In this document: positions 41,679 through 50,359 of the stretch, piece by piece | Numbering within the stretch: position 1 is the first letter of the stretch | Layout: each line of letters opens with the position of its first letter | From: Desulfocapsa sp. | GTDB taxonomy: Bacteria > Desulfobacterota > Desulfobulbia > Desulfobulbales > Desulfocapsaceae | Assembly (NCBI GenBank): GCA_021737265.1 | Contig: JAIPEF010000001.1 | Location: 5,416-69,415 of the forward strand | Length of the DNA: 64,000 bases | Reading direction: 5' to 3' | Notes under the pieces: model-generated | Told to the model about the DNA's origin: nothing | What the model saw: only the letters and a program-made list of their open reading frames with translations | Database searches by the model: none | Made by a program: the position numbers and the translations under genes

Positions 41679-43379
41679 TTACAGTGCCTTTACCTTTGCC
41701 ATTTCCACACCATTGGCATCCACTGTATGCACCGCACAGGCGATACAGGGATCAAAGGAGTGAACAGTCCGCAGAAGCTCAAGGGGTTTTTCAGCATCAG
41801 CCACCGGATTCCCAACAAGGGACGCCTCGTAAGGACCGGGCTCGCCTTTAGAATCACGTGGGCCGGCATTCCAGGTCGAGGGAACCACACACTGGTAATT
41901 TTTAATCTTACCGTCTTGAATAACAATCCAATGGGACAGAACACCACGCGGTGCCTCATGAAAGCCAAACCCCTTCTGCTCACCCTTGGGAAAGACCGGC
42001 TTGTTGAAGATCTCAAGATCACCCTTGCCGATATTATCCACCAGAAGATCCCAGTGTTTGAGGGCAAGATCACCCAGCATGGAGGCGCGAACCGCCCGTG
42101 CCACATGACGCCCCAGGGTTGAGTGAAGAACTTCGGGACCAACCGTGACACCCGCCACGCTGGAAACCAGAGACAACGCATTATTCACATTTTCAATAAT
42201 CGGCTTATGCCCCTGGGCATAGCCCACCATCAGCTGGGCAAGGGGGCCGACCTGCATGGGTTTTCCTTGGAACCTGGGGGCCTTGACCCAGGAATATTTA
42301 CCGTTATCCTGAAAATCGGTGTAGTTGGGGACATCATCCTCATCGTACGGATGTTTCGACCAGTCACCTTTGTACCAGGAATGGGCAATGTTCTCCACCA
42401 CATTATCCCGGAAATAGCCATCATTGAAAGAGGTGATCCCTTTGACTGTACCGAGATCCCCGTTCATAATGGTTCCACCAGGAAGATCAAATTTCGTGGC
42501 CTTGGTATCGAGCACCATGTCTGGTACTGCCAGGTAGTTGGTCACTCCAGAACCGTACGGAAGCCACTCTTTGTAGAGGGCGCCTACAGCTACGACATCC
42601 GGCAGATAGACCTGCTGAATGAACCCACGAACCTCCTGGACCAACTGTTTAACCCAGTACAAGCGCTCCATGTTCAGGGCCGAATCACTATCCGGATTCA
42701 GTGCTGCGGTGACCCCACCCACCGAGAGATTCTGGATATGCGGATTTTTTCCGGAAAGGATACCCAGTGCCTTGGTGGCCTTCCTCTGATAATCAAGAGA
42801 CTCCAGATAATGGGAAACCGCCATCAGATTGGCTTCGGGAGGAAGCTTCATGGCTGGATGTCCCCAATAGCCATTGGCAAAGGGGCCAAGCTGGCCACTC
42901 TCAACCAGGGCCTTGACCTTGCCCTGAACCTCTGCAAAACGTTTGACACTGTTGCCGGGCCAATCGGAGAGAGAGGAAGCAAGTGCCGCTGTCTTTTTGG
43001 GATCTGCTGACAGGGCTGAAACCACATCCACCCAGTCCAGGGCTGAAAGTACATAAAAATGGACAATATGATCCTGCAGGGCATGGACGGCCATGACAAT
43101 GTTACGGATATATTGGGCATTGATGGGGATTTCCAGCTGCAGGGCATTCTCCACCGCCCGGACTGAGGCCAGGGCATGTACCGTGGTACATACCCCGCAG
43201 ATCCGCTGGGTGAAGAGCCAGGCATCACGTGGATCCCGACCCTTCAATATAGTTTCAATACCGCGCCACATCTGCCCCGATGACCAGGCTTTGGTCACCT
43301 GTCCTCCGTCTATCTCTGCATCTATTCGTAAATGACCCTCTATTCTGGTGATGGGGTCTATGGTAATCCGCTGAGCCAT
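41679..43379 (-). CDS. Group 1 [NiFe] uptake hydrogenase large subunit
   Basis: RIEGH; L1 QRICGVC; L2 DPCIACAVH plus a cleavable C-terminal extension; Cys rather than Sec. Confidence 0.97.
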   Translation of the reverse strand: MAQRITIDPITRIEGHLRIDAEIDGGQVTKAWSSGQMWRGIETILKGRDPRDAWLFTQRICGVCTTVHALASVRAVENALQLEIPINAQYIRNIVMAVHALQDHIVHFYVLSALDWVDVVSALSADPKKTAALASSLSDWPGNSVKRFAEVQGKVKALVESGQLGPFANGYWGHPAMKLPPEANLMAVSHYLESLDYQRKATKALGILSGKNPHIQNLSVGGVTAALNPDSDSALNMERLYWVKQLVQEVRGFIQQVYLPDVVAVGALYKEWLPYGSGVTNYLAVPDMVLDTKATKFDLPGGTIMNGDLGTVKGITSFNDGYFRDNVVENIAHSWYKGDWSKHPYDEDDVPNYTDFQDNGKYSWVKAPRFQGKPMQVGPLAQLMVGYAQGHKPIIENVNNALSLVSSVAGVTVGPEVLHSTLGRHVARAVRASMLGDLALKHWDLLVDNIGKGDLEIFNKPVFPKGEQKGFGFHEAPRGVLSHWIVIQDGKIKNYQCVVPSTWNAGPRDSKGEPGPYEASLVGNPVADAEKPLELLRTVHSFDPCIACAVHTVDANGVEMAKVKAL

Positions 43380-43523
43380 GATATCCTCTCTCTATAATTT
43401 CTTAAGTTGTGAGTTTGAAGGTTGCCCCGCAGGAAATGTTCTTGGGGGGCTAAAGGCTGAAGGTACTACCAGCAATCGTTTTTTCTTCTCTTGGGCCTTC
43501 AGCCTATACTTTCCTAATCACCT

Positions 43524-44615
43524 CTATCTTTCTCTCTTTTCTTTTCCCTTTATCTTGGACTTTGCGATACCAACTACTGCGTGGATAGCAGCACCTGCTG
43601 CCGCCACACCCAGAATTTTCATTCCGGCACTGTCAGCATCAGCGATAATCCCGGTTCCGGGAATAGCAACATTGGGCAGTCTTTCATAGAAAGGTGTCAT
43701 GGAATCCCAGAAATTGGGCTCTGTACAACCAATACAGCCGTGACCAACAGAGACGGGCCAGACATCCACATCATTGAACCGGGCCGCCGGACAATTGGAA
43801 AAAGTTTCCGGCCCTTTGCAACCCACCTTATAGAGGCAATAACCGTTTTTATGACCAAAATCACCAAACTCTTCAGCAAAACGACCTTCATCAAAATGGG
43901 CTCGACGCTCACAGTGGTCATGAATTCTGCGGCCATAGGCAAAGAGTGGACGACCGAGATTGTCACAATTAGGCAGGCGCTTGAATGTCAAAAAATGAAG
44001 TACGGTGCCCAGGAAGGTTATAGGGTTTGGTGGACAGCCGGGGATATTAACAATGGGAACTCCGGAAACCAGGTCTCTCACCCCTTTGGCTCCAGTAGGA
44101 TTGGGATCTGCAGCCTGAATCCCACCATAGGAGGAACAGGTTCCGATGGCAATTATGGCAGCCGCCTTAGGAGCGACCTCTGCCAGGATATCCATGGCAG
44201 TCCTTCCGGAAATCTTGCAGAAATTACCGTTATCCGCAGTGGGAATTGCCCCTTCGACCACCAGGATAAACTTACCCGCATTCTTTTCCATGGAGTCGTG
44301 GAGACTCTTTTCAGCCTGGTGTCCGGAAGGAACCATAACCGTTTCATGGTAATCCAGGGAAATGATATCCAGGATCAGGCGGCCAATATCGGGATGGGAG
44401 CCGCGGAGCAGACTTTCGGTACAGCCGGTACACTCCTGAAAGTGAAGCCAGATTACAGTTGGACGCTGTGCAGATTCGGCTGCCTCCACAAGTTTTGGGA
44501 TCATGGCCTCGGAAAGGCCGAGGGCGGCGGCAGCAACAGTGCAACTCTTGATAAAGCCACGTCTGCTGATATCGGGATTCATATCAATTTTACTTGCCTG
44601 TTCTTGCATATTCAT
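43524..44615 (-). CDS. Group 1 [NiFe] hydrogenase small subunit, Tat-exported and membrane-anchored
   Basis: SRRGFIK; ECTGC, PGCPP, CLYKVGCKGP and GHGCIGC; C-terminal TM helix. Confidence 0.97.
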   Translation of the reverse strand: MNMQEQASKIDMNPDISRRGFIKSCTVAAAALGLSEAMIPKLVEAAESAQRPTVIWLHFQECTGCTESLLRGSHPDIGRLILDIISLDYHETVMVPSGHQAEKSLHDSMEKNAGKFILVVEGAIPTADNGNFCKISGRTAMDILAEVAPKAAAIIAIGTCSSYGGIQAADPNPTGAKGVRDLVSGVPIVNIPGCPPNPITFLGTVLHFLTFKRLPNCDNLGRPLFAYGRRIHDHCERRAHFDEGRFAEEFGDFGHKNGYCLYKVGCKGPETFSNCPAARFNDVDVWPVSVGHGCIGCTEPNFWDSMTPFYERLPNVAIPGTGIIADADSAGMKILGVAAAGAAIHAVVGIAKSKIKGKEKRER

Positions 44616-44649
44616 CTCCTTCAGTTCCCCAAATCATAAATCCCAAGAG

Positions 44650-44850
44650 TGATAAACTCGTAAAAACTTCGATTTCCGATGGATAAGTATTTATGCCCGG
44701 TAGTTAGGGTGAAAAGCTTCATATTGGAGGCGTGCAATTTTTCTATCATTTCGGCGTACATACGGTACGTCCTAATGATAGAAAAATTGTAACAACGAAC
44801 AAGATGAAGAGTTTTCACCCTCAACGTCGGGTATAAATACGACGCCATCA
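44650..44850 (-). repeat. Dispersed palindromic element, family 1, copy c (extended)
   Basis: Same core as copies a and b, plus an end module TGATAAACTCGTAAAAAC and two mutually complementary 22-nt insertions. Confidence 0.85.
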
Positions 44851-44940
44851 AGAGTCACTCTCCACGAATACGTTAGAATCGGAACGGGGCTTTTCCAAAT
44901 CAAAGCGATGTAAAGACCTTTTACTCCTTACTCTCCCAGT

Positions 44941-44970
44941 AGATTACATACTCATGCGACACGATGTCAA
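44941..44970 (-). promoter_or_regulatory. Candidate sigma70 promoter of the hydrogenase operon
   Basis: TTGACA-N18-TAATCT on the minus strand. Confidence 0.45.
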
Positions 44971-45192
44971 AAGAAAAAGAACCTAATGATATCAATAGTT
45001 ATAGGCTGGGACATCAGTAATATTTATAGAAAAGAAGCACAACACCCACCTGTAAGGAAAAGACCTACAGAGTCATCATCCAATAGCCCACATAATGCCC
45101 ATTCCTATTGTCAGGAAATAACTTCCGGGAGCATCGTTCAGCGACTTACAAGATGTAAGTCAGGCAAAGGTGGACCAAACAAAAGGGTAACC

Positions 45193-46551
45193 TTATTTTT
45201 TCAGGCCAAAGACGCCTTTCTTGGTGGATGAGAAGGCAGGACGACATCTTTTTTCGCGCCCCTTGCGACCAGTGGAGCGGGGATCAGTTTCTCTGTGCGG
45301 GCGTCTATGTTCCTGTTTCGAAGATGAAAACTGAAGCGTTGCCTCCGTGCCGGTGATAGATTCAGAGTACAATTCACAAAACAGAGAACAAGATTTAAAA
45401 TAACTTTTCTTTTTCAGCCACTTGGGCCAGGAGTGGTTTTCCTGATACCGAAGAAGCTGGGGCAGAGTGGAAAGGAGCGTCACCATCTCCTGGCGGATGG
45501 AGCGTCGCAGGTTCAGTTGCACACCCAGATCTTTATCAAGCTGTTCCCGGAGAATTTTAGAAAATCTGAACGCGGCCGCCCCTTTTAAATTTTGTCGTAC
45601 CAGATCAAATTGGGCGTTGGCCCAGGGAATAAGAAGAAGGGCCAGAAGAAAGTCGTTGTCCAGTCCACGTTTCCCGGACTCTTTAGCAAGGAGTGAACTG
45701 CGATCAATCACCCGGACAAGAGCAGCCAGCTGTTCCCGATAAGGTCTCTCTCCAGCATTTTCTTTTTTGCAAAGTGGCTCTTTATAGAATCCAAAGATAT
45801 CGAAAAACAGCTCGGAGTCCAGTGCGAGTTCCAGCCAGTTCGCCAGGGAACCACTGTGCAGATCCTTAAAAAACTCATCACGAATACGCGAAGAGGGGCA
45901 AAGGGTCAGCTTTTCATGGTGGAGACAAATGGCCTGCCAGCTTTCAGGGGCGATAGTGAAACCAAGCCTTCCGGCATGCCTTATCGCTCGGAGCATACGG
46001 ACCGGATCTCTGGCAATACGTCGTTCCGGCTCCCCCACGAACTGAATAACGGAATTATCAAGATCACCAATTCCGCCCACATAATCAATTATAGTGTCAT
46101 TCTCGATCTCATAAAAGAGACCGTTGACGGTGAGGTCACGACGCTGGGCATCTTCACCCAGACTTCCATAGGTGTTATTAGGGGCAAGGACAGACTCAGG
46201 GCCATCTATATCAAATTCACTCAGAGATCGCAGGGTGGAAACTTCCAACTCCTTGCCATAAAAAAAGATCTGAACCAGTCGAAAGCGCCTGCCAATGGTC
46301 CTGCTGTTACGGAAGAGTTTGCGAATCTGTCCGGGGCGGGCGTCGGTTGAAATATCAAAATCTTTAGGAGTTTTGCCCAGGTACAAATCACGGACACCAC
46401 CTCCAACCAGATAGCCGGCATAGCCATTGTCCCGCAGCACGCGGAGTATCTTCATGGCATCTTTGTCAATCATGTGATGACGAATGGGATGATCGTCGGT
46501 GGTGATGATTTGAGGCTCGTTGGAAAAAGTCATAGGCAGGGGCAGATTCAT
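45193..46551 (-). CDS. pcnB: Poly(A) polymerase I family nucleotidyltransferase
   Basis: VGGGVRD, DFD, PAP-type signature IGRRFRLV, RRDLT.N and DPVRMLRA. Confidence 0.88.
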   Translation of the reverse strand: MNLPLPMTFSNEPQIITTDDHPIRHHMIDKDAMKILRVLRDNGYAGYLVGGGVRDLYLGKTPKDFDISTDARPGQIRKLFRNSRTIGRRFRLVQIFFYGKELEVSTLRSLSEFDIDGPESVLAPNNTYGSLGEDAQRRDLTVNGLFYEIENDTIIDYVGGIGDLDNSVIQFVGEPERRIARDPVRMLRAIRHAGRLGFTIAPESWQAICLHHEKLTLCPSSRIRDEFFKDLHSGSLANWLELALDSELFFDIFGFYKEPLCKKENAGERPYREQLAALVRVIDRSSLLAKESGKRGLDNDFLLALLLIPWANAQFDLVRQNLKGAAAFRFSKILREQLDKDLGVQLNLRRSIRQEMVTLLSTLPQLLRYQENHSWPKWLKKKSYFKSCSLFCELYSESITGTEATLQFSSSKQEHRRPHRETDPRSTGRKGREKRCRPAFSSTKKGVFGLKK

Positions 46552-46891
46552 CTCTTTGAGTTATTGTATACCGCTAATCGGTACATAAGCCGGGACGCCC
46601 TTTAGTCCTCCCTCGAGGAGAGTGCTCTGTATAGGACCCGCATGGGTAAAAGTCCCTTCAATGTAAAATACACTGATGATAATGACTTGCTTCCCTCTGT
46701 TTGTCAAGGAAGATGGCCGGATCAGGGAGAAAGTTGGATCCATTTTCCAAAAGCACTTTCCCCCAAACACCAACTAATCCACTCGAAAATAGCGATCTGC
46801 CCATGGATTGCCCACATATGCTTGACATTTTCCTGTAATTGCGTTTTATTTTATTCCTTTTTGACAGAGAAAAAATCCTGGAGGAATTGCA

Positions 46892-48193
46892 GTGAAGATA
46901 AAGGCCCTGAACGGCTTTAAAGACATCATACCCGGTGAGGTAGAGTTGTGGCAGCAGGTGGAAAACTCTGCCCGTGACATTTTTGCGCGTTTCAACTTTT
47001 CCGAAATCAGGACGCCTATACTGGAAAAGACGGATCTCTTTGCCCGTTCCATTGGTGAAACCACGGATATCGTTGAAAAGGAGATGTACACCTTTGTCGA
47101 TAAACAGATCACCATGCGCCCGGAGGCCACAGCGTCCCTGCTTCGGGCCTATATCCAGCATGGACTGCATGTCCAGAAACCGATTCAGCGACTGTTCACC
47201 ATTGGTCCCATGTTTCGCCACGAGCGACCACAGAAAGGACGGTTACGCCAGTTTCACCAGATGGATGCTGAAGTCCTGGGAACTGCCAACCCCAGAGTTG
47301 ATGCCGAACTGATGGCCATGGGAGCCATGCTCCTTCACGAGCTGGGGGTAACGGTAAGCCTTGAGATGAACTCCCTTGGCTGTCCAGTTTGCCGTCCCGG
47401 TTTCCGTGAGACCCTGCTTGCCTTTATTGAAGAGCGCAAGGAGGCACTGTGTGAAGACTGTGGCCGACGCAGCAAGACCAATCCCCTGCGGGTCCTTGAC
47501 TGTAAAAACCCCAAATGCAGGGAACAGGTTGAAGAGGCACCCTCCATTCAGGAACATCTCTGTGATGACTGTGATGAACATTTTGGAGCTGTTCAAAGCG
47601 GACTGCAGCAGCTTGGTATCCAATACAGCCTGAACAGGTTTATGGTTCGCGGCCTTGATTATTATACCCGTACCACCTTTGAGTTTATCACTCAAGATCT
47701 GGGCGCCCAGGCAGCAGTAGGTGCCGGTGGCCGCTACGACAGCCTGGTGGAGAAACTCGGCGGCCCCAATGTTCCAGGAATCGGCTTTGCCATTGGCATG
47801 GAACGATTGGTGCTTCTCCTGCAGCAACATGAAGAAGAAGTACCTGTTGGCAACGCGATAGACATATTTGTGGCCGGTCTAGGTGAAAAAGCATCAGAAT
47901 TTGCCTTTTCACTGGTCCATGCCCTGCGTCAAAAGGGCTTGCAGACTGCAATGGATCACGAAGGACGCAGCCTGAAAAGTCAGATGAAACAGGCAAATAA
48001 AGTACATTCCAGGTATGTTCTTATCATTGGCGAGAATGAACTTGAGCAAGGCCAGGCAGTGCTGAGAAATATGGTCAACCAGGAACAGCAGGAAATTGCA
48101 ATCAACAGGGGAACTGAGGAATTATCACACTTCCTTGTTGAAGAATGCCAGCCATCGAGCAACGTTGCAAAACTTTCAGCTCAGAAACTTTAA
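46892..48193 (+). CDS. hisS: Histidyl-tRNA synthetase
   Basis: KEMY, RPE.TA, FRHERPQKGR.RQF, RGLDYY and GGRYD. Confidence 0.98.
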   Translation: MKIKALNGFKDIIPGEVELWQQVENSARDIFARFNFSEIRTPILEKTDLFARSIGETTDIVEKEMYTFVDKQITMRPEATASLLRAYIQHGLHVQKPIQRLFTIGPMFRHERPQKGRLRQFHQMDAEVLGTANPRVDAELMAMGAMLLHELGVTVSLEMNSLGCPVCRPGFRETLLAFIEERKEALCEDCGRRSKTNPLRVLDCKNPKCREQVEEAPSIQEHLCDDCDEHFGAVQSGLQQLGIQYSLNRFMVRGLDYYTRTTFEFITQDLGAQAAVGAGGRYDSLVEKLGGPNVPGIGFAIGMERLVLLLQQHEEEVPVGNAIDIFVAGLGEKASEFAFSLVHALRQKGLQTAMDHEGRSLKSQMKQANKVHSRYVLIIGENELEQGQAVLRNMVNQEQQEIAINRGTEELSHFLVEECQPSSNVAKLSAQKL

Positions 48194-48322
48194 TTATTCA
48201 TGTATCCACGGTTCTGAAGTTTACTACCAACGATATAATACGATTTGCGGTGACTATTAAACTGAACAGAACAGGCAACCAGAAAAACTAAATTTAATCA
48301 TAAATATTTAACCACGGAAGGG

Positions 48323-48426
48323 AACGTGTTCAGAGTGGTTCAGGTTCGTTCGTTTGAGTGTTGGCGTAATAGTTAAGCTATGCGCTAATGCTTAAACGGA
48401 TGAAGATGGGCCGCTCTGGACACGTT
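48323..48426 (+). repeat. Palindromic element, family 2 (CAGGTTCG...A-TAG-loop-CTA...GAAGATG)
   Basis: About 100-nt hairpin with many G-U pairs between hisS and aspS; same architecture as the 61292 copy. Confidence 0.7.
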
Positions 48427-48437
48427 ACAAAAAGCTT

Positions 48438-50234
48438 ATGGAATCTATGGGTAGTCTCAGGAGAACACATTCCTGTAATGATCTGACTAGTGCTGATATC
48501 GGCAAAGAAATAACCCTCATGGGCTGGGTTTTACGCCGAAGGGATCACGGAGGCGTTATCTTCATTGATCTTCGGGACCGCCACGGTCTGACCCAGATAG
48601 TCTTTAACCCCGAAGTCAATCCCGAAGTGCACACCAAGGCGCACACACTTCGTAGCGAATGGGTCATTGCTATTCGCGGCACAGTTAAAGCCAGACTCGA
48701 AGGCATGGCCAATAAAAAACTGGCAACCGGCAAAATCGAGGTGTTCATTGATGAACTCCGCATCCTTAACACCTCTGAGACCCCTCCATTCCCCCTTGAT
48801 GAAGAGAGTGAGGTTTCAGACAACATTCGTCTCCAGTATCGCTATATGGATCTCAGACGACCGGAGATGGCAGCAAAATTGCACCAGCGCCACAAGGCCG
48901 TGCAATCCATTCGTACCTATCTCAACGATAATGAATTTCTGGAAGTGGAAACTCCCATGCTCACCCGGTCTACCCCGGAAGGAGCCCGTGACTACCTGGT
49001 GCCAAGCCGAGTTAACGCCGGAAAATTCTATGCCCTGCCCCAGTCTCCCCAGCTCTTTAAACAGCTGCTGATGATTGGAGGGATTGATCGCTACTACCAG
49101 ATCGTTAAATGTTTTCGTGACGAAGATCTGCGTGCCGACCGCCAGCCGGAATTTACCCAGATCGACATGGAGCTCTCTTTCATGACCGAGGAGGAGATCA
49201 TCGCCATCACCGAGGGCATGATCGCCAAACTCTTCAAAGACACACTGGATCTTGATGTCAAGCCCCCTTTTGCCAGACTCAGCTACGACGAATCCATGGA
49301 GCGGTTCGGTACAGACCGTCCTGACACCCGTTTCGGCTTCGAGCTGGTAGACCTGACTGAAATTGCCGGGAGCTGTTCTTTTAAGGTATTCCGTTCCATG
49401 GCCGATGGTGATGGAACCGTGCGTGCCATTAACGCCAAGGGCTGTGCCAATTTTTCCCGTAAGGACCTTGATGTTCTCACCGAATATGTGGCCCAGTTTG
49501 GTGCCAAAGGACTTGCCTGGGTGAAGATGAAGGCAGACGGAGAATGGCAGTCACCCATTGCCAAATTCTTCAGTGACGAGGAACGTGCCGCCATGACCAG
49601 CGCCCTTGATGCCGAGGAGGGTGATCTCCTCTTCTTTGGTGCCGACAAACCATCGGTGGTCTTTCCGGTACTGGGCGAGCTGCGGGTGGAACTGGCCCGT
49701 CGTCTTGATCTGCTGAATAAAAAAGAGTTTAACTTTGTCTGGGTGACCGACTTCCCACTGGTGGAATATGATGAGAACAAAAAACGTTTTCAGGCCCTCC
49801 ACCATCCCTTTACCGCTCCCAAAGACGAAGATCTGGACAAACTGGAAAGCGATCCCGCATCTGTCTACAGTCAGGCCTACGACCTGGTGCTGAACGGTAC
49901 CGAGATCGGCGGCGGATCTATCCGTATCCACCGGCGTGATATCCAGGCCCGCGTCCTGGCTGCCCTTGATATCAGTGAAGAAGAGGCCAACGACAAGTTT
50001 GGTTTCCTTCTCAGGGCCCTGGAGCTTGGTGCCCCGCCCCATGGCGGCCTGGCCTTTGGTCTGGATCGACTGCTGATGATCATTACCGGCAGTGACTCCA
50101 TCCGTGACGTCATCGCCTTTCCCAAAACCCAGCGGGCGACCTGTCCCCTCACCGAGGCACCGGCAGGAGTTTCACGAAAGCAGCTTACCGAACTCTACCT
50201 GCGGCCAGACTGGAAAGAGACCAACGAATCCTGA
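48438..50234 (+). CDS. aspS: Aspartyl-tRNA synthetase
   Basis: RRDHGGVIF, PEGARDY, PQSPQLFKQ, FRDED and GAPPHGG. Confidence 0.98.
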   Translation: MESMGSLRRTHSCNDLTSADIGKEITLMGWVLRRRDHGGVIFIDLRDRHGLTQIVFNPEVNPEVHTKAHTLRSEWVIAIRGTVKARLEGMANKKLATGKIEVFIDELRILNTSETPPFPLDEESEVSDNIRLQYRYMDLRRPEMAAKLHQRHKAVQSIRTYLNDNEFLEVETPMLTRSTPEGARDYLVPSRVNAGKFYALPQSPQLFKQLLMIGGIDRYYQIVKCFRDEDLRADRQPEFTQIDMELSFMTEEEIIAITEGMIAKLFKDTLDLDVKPPFARLSYDESMERFGTDRPDTRFGFELVDLTEIAGSCSFKVFRSMADGDGTVRAINAKGCANFSRKDLDVLTEYVAQFGAKGLAWVKMKADGEWQSPIAKFFSDEERAAMTSALDAEEGDLLFFGADKPSVVFPVLGELRVELARRLDLLNKKEFNFVWVTDFPLVEYDENKKRFQALHHPFTAPKDEDLDKLESDPASVYSQAYDLVLNGTEIGGGSIRIHRRDIQARVLAALDISEEEANDKFGFLLRALELGAPPHGGLAFGLDRLLMIITGSDSIRDVIAFPKTQRATCPLTEAPAGVSRKQLTELYLRPDWKETNES

Positions 50235-50273
50235 TCGTTCTGGTCAAGGTTTTTCCACCTCGGCAAGTTCCAC

Positions 50274-50310
50274 AAAAAAAGGGGCTCCAGCAGATACCTG
50301 CTGGAGCCCC
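50274..50310 (-). terminator. Intrinsic terminator of the multiheme cytochrome gene
   Basis: 13-bp GC-rich stem GGGGCTCCAGCAG/CTGCTGGAGCCCC with an A7 tract. Confidence 0.85.
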
Positions 50311-50359
50311 GATTGTTACACAGACGGTTGAACTCTGTGCTGTTATTTATACCCTAAGA

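Noticed and set aside
41679-41760. [NiFeSe] hydrogenase
   Set aside because: L2 motif is DPCIAC with Cys codons and no in-frame TGA
42123-44639. 295-aa and 352-aa plus-strand ORFs
   Set aside because: Antisense shadows of the hydrogenase subunits
46592-46656. tRNA gene
   Set aside because: Multibranch fold but no TTC T-loop, D-loop GG or anticodon arm; kept only as a candidate leader RNA
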